From positions 264 to 64,263 of the forward strand of contig JACQUA010000300.1 of NCBI GenBank assembly GCA_016210565.1: DNA of 64,000 nt, in the 5' to 3' direction. Of this stretch, positions 56,790-64,000 are shown piece after piece. The notes beneath the pieces are model-generated. The model did no database searches, was not told the origin of the DNA, and worked only from the letters and a program-made list of their open reading frames with translations. Made by a program: the position numbers and the translations under genes. Source of the DNA: Chloroflexota bacterium. GTDB lineage: Bacteria > Chloroflexota > Dehalococcoidia > JACQUA01. The first letter of the stretch is position 1; each line of letters opens with the position of its first letter.

Positions 56790-59700
56790 GACCAAGGTGT
56801 CTTCCAAGGCGAAGATTCCGAGCCCCTTCGAGGCAGTTGGCCATAAGACAGAATGGACTGCCACGGCCATCCTCATGCACTGGATGAGGGGCATTATTCA
56901 GAAGCGAAGCCTTGCCCTGGGCATGCCCGATGTTGAAACAATTGGAGCCGACAAGAAGAAACCGGATCTGGTTATCTACGAGTCCCCGTCAAGTGATAAG
57001 GTCCTCTGCCTTATCGAAGCAAAACCGCCCTATTATGACGTCTTTAGCGAAGAAGAACTCAAGGAACCCGCCAGGGAAAAGGCTAGCAAGAGGAAGGCGA
57101 AGTACTTCGCCCTCACCAACTTCAAGAGACTTGTCTGGTTCAGCACCGAGAAGGTCAATTCGATGCTGCCTGAAGAGGAACAAATCGTCGACAAGTACAA
57201 CCTTTCCGCCATTGAGGATCTCAATGATATCGAACAGACGAAGTACAGCGATCCCATAAAGAAGGGCCTTGAGGATTTTCTGTTAGATTTGCACGCCATC
57301 CATGCGGGGAAGAAAGCCGAACCTAAACACGCCATAGACGAGTTCCTGGTCTACAGGCTTCAGGAAAAGATATCTGTTCTTTCCGGCTATTACCGAAAGC
57401 TCATCGAGGGCAAGACCCACAGCGACCCCGCTTTTGCCAGGAAACTGTCCAGGTGGTTCGTGGACCAGGGCTGGAGCTTTGCCTGGCAGGCCTCGGACTT
57501 CGGCAAAGCCGCAAGGCAGACCGCCTATCTTTTGACAAACAAAATCCTCTTCTACAACCTTTTGCAGGCGAAGAGGCCTCGCGAACTCGACCCGCTTGAG
57601 GTCCCCGAGGGGCTAACCAAAGCTGAAGTGCTTCAGAAGACGCTTGAGGGGTATTTCGGCCAGATCCTGAAGATTGACTACGAGACCATCTACACCACGG
57701 ATTTCATAGACGCCGTCGCTTTCCCTGACTCGATAGATGTCGTCAAGGAGATAAGGGAGCTTGTCCGTGTCCTGAGAAAATATGACTTCTCCAAACTTGG
57801 CTATGACGTCATTGGCAGAATCTTCGAACGGCTCATTCCTGCCGACGAGCGGCACAACCTCGGACAGTATTTCACCAGCCCCGATGTAGTGGACCTGATC
57901 CTGAAGTTTTGCGTTCAGCACGAGGACGACAAGGTACTCGACCCGGCCTGCGGGGCCGGCACCTTCCTGGTCAGAGCCTATCAGCACAAGCGGCTGATGA
58001 ACCAGAAGAAGAGCCACGAAGCCATCCTGGAGACCTTGTGGGGGAACGACATCGCCAAGTTCCCTGCCCATCTAGCCACCATTAACCTTGCCATCAATGA
58101 CCTCGGCGTGGACAAGAACTATCCGAATGTGCTTCAGGAAGACTTCTTCGCTCTGCTGGTGGGAGAAGGAGGTTTTGATCCCGAGAAGTGGCGCAAGGTC
58201 AGGGCGAGGACTCTCGGTCTCAAAGAACGGGAACTGACCTGCCCCCGGTGGTTCGACGCGATAGTGGGCAATCCACCCTACACGCGCCAGGAAGAAATCG
58301 CAGAAATATCACCGGAGGACGTCGAGTACAAAGAGAAACTGATAGAGAAAGCCCTGCTGGACCTGAAGGGCAAGAAGATTGCCGAGATTGGGAGACGGGC
58401 AGGCATCCATGTCTACTTCTTTGTTCACGGCATAAAGTTTCTGAAAGAGGGCGGATACTTCGGCTTCATCGTCTCCGACCCCTGGCTCGATGTGGACTAC
58501 GGCAAGGGACTCCAGGAGTTCTTCCTGAACAATTACAAGATAATTGCCGTCATCGGGTCTAAGGTCGAGCGCTGGTTCGAAGAAGCGGACACCAACACCT
58601 GTATCGTCATCCTGCACAGGTGCAAAGACAAGAAGCAGCGGTATGAAAACCGAGTGCGGTTTGTCTATCTTAAGAAACCCCTGAGGCATTTCATACCCCC
58701 CGCCCAGGACATGTGGGAGAAGCAGGTCAAGCGGCTAGAGGCTATCGGTGACCTCAAGAAGACCATCCTGTTCCACAATGACCTGTATGAAAACGATGAC
58801 CTGAGGATATTTCCCAGGACCCAGAAAGAACTCTGGCAAGAGGGATTCGATCCGGAAGAGAAGAAATACGTCGGGGCCAAATGGGGAAAATACCTGAGGG
58901 CGCCGGCCATCTTCTTTACCATTCTGGACAAGGGGAAGGGCAAGCTTGTGCCGTTGAGGCAAGTGGCGAAAGTCCACCGCGGCTTCACCTCGGGTGCCGA
59001 CCCGTGGTTCTATGTAGAAGACATTGGAGAATCCCTGGGGGCGGGTGGTGTTAAACAGATTGCGGCTAAGATTGGCTATCACGGAGATACCAAGAGTCTG
59101 AGACCTGTCAAGAGCGGCGACGACACGAAATGGTTGCTGGAAGGACAGTACTTGCACCCAGTCATACGGAATCCAGATGAATATGGATGCATTGTCATAG
59201 ACGTAAAATTGGTAAAAGACCGTGTTGTGTTTATTGGAGATGCAGACGTTAAGGGAAAGTTTGTCGAGAAGTATGTTTTGCATGGGCAAACAAAGGCCTA
59301 CCAAATGGGCAAGGGCAGAAAATCGATACCGTCCGAGACTGGAACGTGCTCCTCGAGGCCCCACTGGTATCAGCTTCCGGACGTTAAGCCGTCGAGGCTG
59401 CTATGGCAAAAGGCGTTTGATATTAGTCACAGGCACTACCTCGCCAGTGAACCCGTTCTCGCTAACCAGCGGTTCTACCCAATCTATCCGAATTCTGACG
59501 ACGACACAGAGGTGACCGCAGCTTTTCTGAATTCGGCGCTTGTGGCACTAAACCTCGAATTCCAGAGAGCGGCGATGGGCCTGGGGGCAATCGAGGCCAC
59601 CGTTGAGGAGGTTAGGCAAATCCTGGTTGTGAACCCCAAAGTAGTAGCGGCGTCCACACGGGACAAGCTGTCCAAGGAACTGGCGAAGCTTGGCAAACGA

Positions 59701-59985
59701 GAAGTCGGATCGGTTTTCGAAGAATTTGGCGCCCCTTCTCCCGAAGACGTATCCCTTGACAAGGTGAAGCCAGATCGCCGTGAACTGGACAGGATCATCA
59801 TGGGCGAGGTCCTTGGCCTGACTGATGAAGAACAGATGGAGGTCTACCGGGCAGTCGTAGATTTGGTTAAGTCCAGGGTCGACAAGGCGCAAACTTTCGG
59901 TAAGAAGATGAGATCCCCGGAAGGGATTGACGTGGACGCTCTTAAGAAGGTAGTGTTGGACAGTCTCAGAGAGGAAGAGGAGTAA
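56779..59985 (+). CDS. MmeI-like (type IIL/IIG) fused restriction endonuclease - N6-adenine DNA methyltransferase - specificity protein
   Basis: The N-terminal PD-(D/E)xK-like motif is PDLVIY...CLIEAKPP...YFALTNFKRLVWF. Methyltransferase motif I is VLDPACGAGTFLV and motif IV is VGNPPYTR. The C-terminal ~450 aa resembles a TRD. The ATG is at 56779; the track uses the TTG at 56770. Confidence 0.7.
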   Translation: MKDKTKVSSKAKIPSPFEAVGHKTEWTATAILMHWMRGIIQKRSLALGMPDVETIGADKKKPDLVIYESPSSDKVLCLIEAKPPYYDVFSEEELKEPAREKASKRKAKYFALTNFKRLVWFSTEKVNSMLPEEEQIVDKYNLSAIEDLNDIEQTKYSDPIKKGLEDFLLDLHAIHAGKKAEPKHAIDEFLVYRLQEKISVLSGYYRKLIEGKTHSDPAFARKLSRWFVDQGWSFAWQASDFGKAARQTAYLLTNKILFYNLLQAKRPRELDPLEVPEGLTKAEVLQKTLEGYFGQILKIDYETIYTTDFIDAVAFPDSIDVVKEIRELVRVLRKYDFSKLGYDVIGRIFERLIPADERHNLGQYFTSPDVVDLILKFCVQHEDDKVLDPACGAGTFLVRAYQHKRLMNQKKSHEAILETLWGNDIAKFPAHLATINLAINDLGVDKNYPNVLQEDFFALLVGEGGFDPEKWRKVRARTLGLKERELTCPRWFDAIVGNPPYTRQEEIAEISPEDVEYKEKLIEKALLDLKGKKIAEIGRRAGIHVYFFVHGIKFLKEGGYFGFIVSDPWLDVDYGKGLQEFFLNNYKIIAVIGSKVERWFEEADTNTCIVILHRCKDKKQRYENRVRFVYLKKPLRHFIPPAQDMWEKQVKRLEAIGDLKKTILFHNDLYENDDLRIFPRTQKELWQEGFDPEEKKYVGAKWGKYLRAPAIFFTILDKGKGKLVPLRQVAKVHRGFTSGADPWFYVEDIGESLGAGGVKQIAAKIGYHGDTKSLRPVKSGDDTKWLLEGQYLHPVIRNPDEYGCIVIDVKLVKDRVVFIGDADVKGKFVEKYVLHGQTKAYQMGKGRKSIPSETGTCSSRPHWYQLPDVKPSRLLWQKAFDISHRHYLASEPVLANQRFYPIYPNSDDDTEVTAAFLNSALVALNLEFQRAAMGLGAIEATVEEVRQILVVNPKVVAASTRDKLSKELAKLGKREVGSVFEEFGAPSPEDVSLDKVKPDRRELDRIIMGEVLGLTDEEQMEVYRAVVDLVKSRVDKAQTFGKKMRSPEGIDVDALKKVVLDSLREEEE

Positions 59986-60401
59986 TGAGAACCATCGGCG
60001 AGTTCTACAAGGAAGAGATTCTGGCTAAAAAGGGCGTGGTCGTACGGGATCTTCCGAGCGGGGCGGGGGAGACCAGAATTGTGAGAGACCTGTTCGGCTG
60101 GAGGCTTTGCTCAGGCAAAGAATGTATTGAATGTCGTTCGGAGGAGGAGGCGCGATACCTCAAGATTTTCCTGGACGCCGGCGTGAGGGAGATTGGAGTA
60201 CCTGCGGATGACCAATTGCTGAAGGATATCCTGCCCAGGCTAGAGCGACTGAAATCCAGGACCTTCGCGATAATCGATTCCTACCTTGAAACGGTACTGA
60301 ACCGGAAGATCAGGGAGAGGGTAAGGCACGACGTTCTCGCGGAAATCACAAAGTTCCAGGATGACAGCCCGTCCGGGGAGACAGTGTCACCCACCCACTG
60401 A
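59985..60401 (+). CDS. hypothetical 138-aa protein translationally coupled to the RM gene
   Basis: Its ATG overlaps the RM stop as TAATG. It has one CxxC pair (CIEC) and I recognise no domain. Confidence 0.5.
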   Translation: MRTIGEFYKEEILAKKGVVVRDLPSGAGETRIVRDLFGWRLCSGKECIECRSEEEARYLKIFLDAGVREIGVPADDQLLKDILPRLERLKSRTFAIIDSYLETVLNRKIRERVRHDVLAEITKFQDDSPSGETVSPTH

Positions 60402-60540
60402 CACACAGACGCTCAACAACCTGAGCAGGGGCAATGCATACGGTCCTGTCCGTTTCAACCGAACAACCCGGCAATTAAGCCACCGCCTGCAGTTGAAATG
60501 CGGACGTTGTGCCACAGCTGGGGAACAACCATAGTTCCAG

Positions 60541-60918
60541 CCCGTGTTTCATGCCGGGTTCACTTCATTTCTGCTCAGTCTCCGCATCCGTGAAGTGTCC
60601 ACCATCCGCTTCTGGCAACGCTTTTCGTCATTTCGTGTGTTTGATAGCTGTCATTTGCTGCCATCAGGCTGGCCAGCTCTGAGATGTCATCGACATCCTC
60701 CAGCCGCCGGAGGATGTCGAGCAGGCGGTCCAACTTGTCCGGTTTTAGTACCGGGGAGACCACTTTTCTGAACTTGGCTTCTATTTCCCGCGGGGTGAAA
60801 GGGTTTTGCGGTTCTCCCTTGGCGGGTTGATCGTGGAACCGGGTGAACTCCCTGCCGTCCCTGGTCCTCACCGTAAGAACGCAGGGCCATTTGCCAGGGG
60901 AAAATTTGTCCAGTTCAG
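60541..60918 (-). pseudogene. duplicated 3' fragment (~85 codons plus 3' flank) of the MmgE/PrpD gene at 62596-63972
   Basis: ELDKFSPGKWPCVLTVRTRDGREFTRFHDQPAKGEPQNPFTPREIEAKFRKVVSPV... parallels the PrpD3 C-terminus. The nucleotide match to 62491-62866 is obvious by eye, with most positions identical. Confidence 0.85.
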
Positions 60919-60956
60919 AAATAACTAATACAAACGCACTAAATAATGAGCAATAG

Positions 60957-61072
60957 TCTCACACAAAGATACGAAGCGCACAAAGGGATCCTTGACAGGG
61001 GGCGTGGCAAAACAACACCATACTTATCTCAGTGTCTCCGTATTCTTTGTGCCTCTGTGTCTTTGTGTGAAA
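60957..61072. mobile_element. MITE-like CACAAAG-arm element (inverted relative to 51152-51263)
   Basis: The ends are TCTCACACAAAGATACGAAGCGCACAAAGG and CTCAGTGTCTCCGTATTCTTTGTGCCTCTGTGTCTTTGTGTGAAA. Confidence 0.6.
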
Positions 61073-61541
61073 CCGTATCCCCCGTCGCTGATACCGCGAT
61101 GCGACGTTTATTATTGCGTTTGTATTAATACCCAAGTGCACTATCTTCCAGTTGATAAATAACGGATTCGGTGTCTATGAGGCTCTACCACGCAGAAAAG
61201 CTTTTTTAGTTCTTCTTCATTATGTTCTGAAAAGAGGCGCAGAAGTTCTTTGTGAACCTCTCTGGTGGTCAGTGAATTTACCCACAGGAGCATTATGCCA
61301 GCCGCTTCTTGGAATTTAGGATGTATCAGAAAACCGCAAGGTACAGGTCACACCAAGAAGCATGGGATGCGAGCCACAGAGCGGGACAACAAGCCGCTAA
61401 GCAATTGGGCGATGGAGGCTTGTGCGGTTTGGCATGGATAATAGCTCCTCTGGAAGCGTGGGCAGGAATACGGTTTGCCGAGGCACACTTCGCCCGTGCT
61501 GACAAAGCGTGGACCGGCCTTCTATGGTGGGCTGGTCTGGT

Positions 61542-61571
61542 TTGCGTGCCATCAGCCCGCCATGCTACAAT
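61542..61571 (+). promoter_or_regulatory. candidate sigma70-like promoter for the 61677-62436 gene pair
   Basis: TTGCGT (61542-61547), an 18-nt spacer, then TACAAT (61566-61571). This lies ~105 nt upstream of the ATG at 61677. Confidence 0.35.
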
Positions 61572-61676
61572 GACAGCGTTGAGGTTCACAGGAATTGTGT
61601 TTGTCAACGTGGCAGGACGGGGACGACGGCCACCTGTGGTGATAGTAATTCAATCTGGGAGATCGCGGAGATAGAA

Positions 61677-62009
61677 ATGCTGTTGGAAAGTCAACAGATA
61701 GTTTTGGAGAGGACCCCATACGAATTTCTCCGAATGTTTGCTAAGCGTGCCCACTCTTTTATCGAGAAAGCGGGCGTTAAGCTAATCGGTACGAAGATCA
61801 GGGACTGGCAGTCGGTTGAAGACCCGACCTGGAAACAGCAGGTTTTGGAACTGACGATTGCATCGGAGCCGGGAAATGCGTTGTTGATCTGGGATCGGCT
61901 CGGGGAAATGCTGGAACAATCAATCGAAGGAGAAGTTGAACATCTCAGGGGACTCCTGCGTGAGGGCGTGTCTCTCGAGGTAAAGTGGGTGCCTCGTAGT
62001 GATATTTGA
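61677..62009 (+). CDS. hypothetical 110-aa protein, putative partner/antitoxin of the downstream HEPN-like protein
   Basis: It starts at ATG 61677. The longer track ORF from 61509 looks non-coding. There is an 11-nt overlap with the next gene, and no MNT (GSx..DxD) motif. Confidence 0.45.
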   Translation: MLLESQQIVLERTPYEFLRMFAKRAHSFIEKAGVKLIGTKIRDWQSVEDPTWKQQVLELTIASEPGNALLIWDRLGEMLEQSIEGEVEHLRGLLREGVSLEVKWVPRSDI

Positions 62010-62436
62010 CGCCCAGGAGTTTTTTGAACTGGCGTTGCGCCTCACAGACGCCGAGCCCAACGAAGCTGGCTACCGCACCGTAGTCAGCCGGGCTTATTAT
62101 GCTTGTCACTTAGTCGGACGAGAAACGACCCGGCAAAAAGGGTGGTTCCAGCCGCAATACGACGGGAATGACCACAGGGGGCTCATAAGGGCTCTTAGGG
62201 GCCACGTATCGTGGTACACCCAACTTGAAGCGCTGCTCAGACTCCGAGAGCATGTTGACTACCACACCCAGCAAAGCCACGGCACGGTTGGCAGACAGGA
62301 AACGTGCAGCCACTGTTCCGACTGGAAGGCGCCCGATACTCTGGTTAACCGAGAAACATGGACCGGCGCCAAGCAGATAGCGGAGCATATACTCCCGCGA
62401 CTCAAACAGATCATGCCGGCTCAGCAGACACACTAG
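61999..62436 (+). CDS. HEPN-like domain protein
   Basis: 145 aa with a GTG start. The pattern is A..FFELA..L....P.......SRAYYACHLVG............DHRGLIRAL....YTQLEALLRLREHVDYH. This resembles HEPN helices with an R-x-x-x-DY(H) signature. Confidence 0.45.
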   Translation: MIFDAQEFFELALRLTDAEPNEAGYRTVVSRAYYACHLVGRETTRQKGWFQPQYDGNDHRGLIRALRGHVSWYTQLEALLRLREHVDYHTQQSHGTVGRQETCSHCSDWKAPDTLVNRETWTGAKQIAEHILPRLKQIMPAQQTH

Positions 62437-62595
62437 ATTCATAGTGCTTCAAGTGCCCTAAAGACGGCCGGCATATCTTGGAGTTTCCCCTCCGTGTTTC
62501 AGGTAGCGTACAACTCTGCTCAGTCTCCGGACCGGTGAAGCGTCCGCCATCCTCTTCTGTCACCAGTTTTCGTCGTTTCGTGTGTCCCATGGCCG

Positions 62596-63972
62596 TCATT
62601 TGCTGGCCATCAGGCTTGCCATCTCTGAAATGTCATCCACATCTTCCAGATGCCGGAGGATGGCGAGCAGGCGGTCCATCTTGTCCGGGTTCATCACCGG
62701 CGAGACTACTTTTCTGAACTTGGCCTCTATTTCCCGCGGGGTGAAAGGGTTTTCCGGTTCTCCCTTGGCGGGTTGATCGTGGAACCGGGTGAACTCCCGG
62801 CCGTCCCGCGTCCTCACCGTGAGCACGCAGGGCCACTTGCCGGGGAAGAATTTGTCCAGTTCAGGGTCGGCCACCACGTCGATCAGCTTGAACAGTTCTA
62901 TGTGACCCGGGTCTTTCAAGTTGGCCTCGTTCTGGTATTCCCGGTTGAGGAGCATTCCTTTCTCTCCCTTGTAGGCGGTAACTGCCAGGACATACCGCGA
63001 GCTCTTCATGGAATCATTCAACGGGTAGTCCGGTGAGCCAACCAGGGGCACCACCGCAGTCGGGAGTTTGTAGGTCATCCCCTGTATATCCTCGGGGCGG
63101 ATGCGGTGTTCACGCATCAGCCACAGCAGTGCTTCCAGGCCGGGGACATTGTAGATGCCGACCCAGAACCTCTTGAACGTGGTGTTCTTCACTTCCCACA
63201 CCGTTCCCAGGCCCGAGGTTAGCCTGGCCGGGTCGGGGTTGGCCGAATGCCCCGCCAGGAAGCCGCGGGGGTCTTCGAATATGCTGGCGGCGCCCACCAC
63301 GCCCAACCGGGCCAGCAAGGCGGCCATGACCCCGCTCTGCGCCGCGTTGCCCACCTGGGTCCTGGTGGTCCGGGGGGCGTGAGGCAGTTGCGGCCACAGT
63401 GAGGAGCCCGCGGCCTGCGTTGCGGCAATGCTCAGGGCCTCGGACAGGGCGGCTTTTCCCAATCCGAGAAGCTTGCCGGCGGCCACGGCGCAGCCAAAGG
63501 GAGCGCAGAGAGAGGTGGGATGAAACCCCCGGTTGTAGACGCTGTCCGACCCGAGCGCCTGGGCCACCCTGGCGATGACCTCCACGCCGGCGACGGTCGC
63601 CAGGATGAGGTCCTTGCCAGACGCCTGCTGTCTTTCCGCCGCGGCGATCGCCGCCGGGACCAGGCACGACAGATGCACCGCGGAACGGTGCATGGCGTCC
63701 CCGCCGAAGCCCACCACCGTGTTGCAATAAGCCGCGTTGAGGCAGGGGACTTTGCAGCCCTCGCCCACCAGGCTGGACTCCCCTTTTCCGCCCAGTTCCT
63801 TGAAGAATGCGGCCACGTCCGCATCTCCCGCATTGAGATGATTCCGGGCGCCGGCGATGGTCACCCCGACCTGGTCGGTGATGAGCAGCCGGGTGAATTC
63901 GACAACATCACGCGGCAGGTCATCAAACCTGAGACCGGAACAGAACCCAGCAAGCTGGTCACGAAGAAACAT
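62596..63972 (-). CDS. MmgE/PrpD-family protein (paralog 3)
   Basis: 458 aa. The N-terminus is FLRDQLAGFCSGLRFDDLPRDVVEFTRLLITDQVGVTIAG, and the sequence is collinear with the other two paralogs. Confidence 0.85.
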   Translation of the reverse strand: MFLRDQLAGFCSGLRFDDLPRDVVEFTRLLITDQVGVTIAGARNHLNAGDADVAAFFKELGGKGESSLVGEGCKVPCLNAAYCNTVVGFGGDAMHRSAVHLSCLVPAAIAAAERQQASGKDLILATVAGVEVIARVAQALGSDSVYNRGFHPTSLCAPFGCAVAAGKLLGLGKAALSEALSIAATQAAGSSLWPQLPHAPRTTRTQVGNAAQSGVMAALLARLGVVGAASIFEDPRGFLAGHSANPDPARLTSGLGTVWEVKNTTFKRFWVGIYNVPGLEALLWLMREHRIRPEDIQGMTYKLPTAVVPLVGSPDYPLNDSMKSSRYVLAVTAYKGEKGMLLNREYQNEANLKDPGHIELFKLIDVVADPELDKFFPGKWPCVLTVRTRDGREFTRFHDQPAKGEPENPFTPREIEAKFRKVVSPVMNPDKMDRLLAILRHLEDVDDISEMASLMASK

Positions 63973-64000
63973 GTCTCAAGACCTCCTAACCGGCAAGGCC

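Noticed and set aside
56779-59985. Assignment of the 1069-aa methyltransferase as BREX PglX.
   Set aside because: No brxA/B/C, pglZ or brxL genes are nearby. The N-terminus carries a PD-(D/E)xK-like nuclease motif typical of MmeI-type enzymes rather than PglX.
61141-61674. A 50-aa minus-strand ORF (61141-61293; MLLWVNSLTTREVHKELL...) and the 121-aa and 93-aa overlapping ORFs at 61309-61674.
   Set aside because: I recognise no motif in any of them. The longer ORFs overlap on opposite strands and have odd Trp/Ala/Arg-rich composition. The small ORF could be a gene fragment, but I cannot support a call.

Overview
All calls were made by eye from the sequence and the ORF track. Repeat and motif coordinates may be off by a few nt, and every family assignment rests on remembered motifs, so each needs HMM or BLAST confirmation.

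Overall, this is a GC-rich bacterial chromosomal window with an AT-richer accessory island near its right end. Lipoprotein-anchored solute-binding proteins hint at a monoderm such as Chloroflexota, but taxonomy cannot be established here.

Layout:
- 1-3.2 kb: prfA (partial, not in the ORF track) and an ABC-2 exporter pair.
- 3.5-4.9 kb: an Rrf2(NsrR-like)-YgbA-HD operon with a clear promoter and operator.
- 5-6.9 kb: a polytopic membrane protein and a GYD protein.
- 7-22.7 kb: a minus-strand cell-surface glycan cluster. It holds two GT4, one GT2, WecB and WecC (UDP-ManNAcA route), two SDR epimerases, a GNAT, a CE4 deacetylase, a BNR protein and a B12-radical SAM enzyme. It is interrupted by a fused MNT-HepT gene and an HTH-PIN toxin-antitoxin pair whose toxin carries an in-frame stop.
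- 24.2-33.4 kb: a non-pyrrolysine MtmB-like gene translationally coupled to CapA. This is followed by a triplicated, partly decayed SBP-CapA-MmgE/PrpD cassette.
- 33.5-40.1 kb: galE, a GlmU-like nucleotidyltransferase, and a histidine kinase/OmpR regulator pair. The kinase has a CXXCH motif in its outer loop.
- 40.4-47.9 kb: two dockerin-tailed secreted proteins, a lipoprotein and a heparinase II/III-like lyase.
- 48.2-53.9 kb: two more orphan SBPs and a tandem double family-III CoA-transferase. Its interdomain linker is encoded by a repeat element.
- 54.1-62.5 kb: the AT-richer island. It holds an hsdM remnant, a class-II Fic gene between about 110-bp direct repeats, a radC 5' fragment, an MmeI-like fused nuclease-methyltransferase with a coupled 138-aa unknown, a duplicated PrpD 3' fragment, and a HEPN-like two-gene module.
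- 62.6-64 kb: a third MmgE/PrpD gene.

The most pervasive non-genic signal is a set of GTAG-headed REP-like hairpins and nested MITE-like palindromes in nearly every intergenic gap. They are oriented with the upstream gene and often donate its TAG stop codon or even its last codons. No rRNA, tRNA or CRISPR array was seen.
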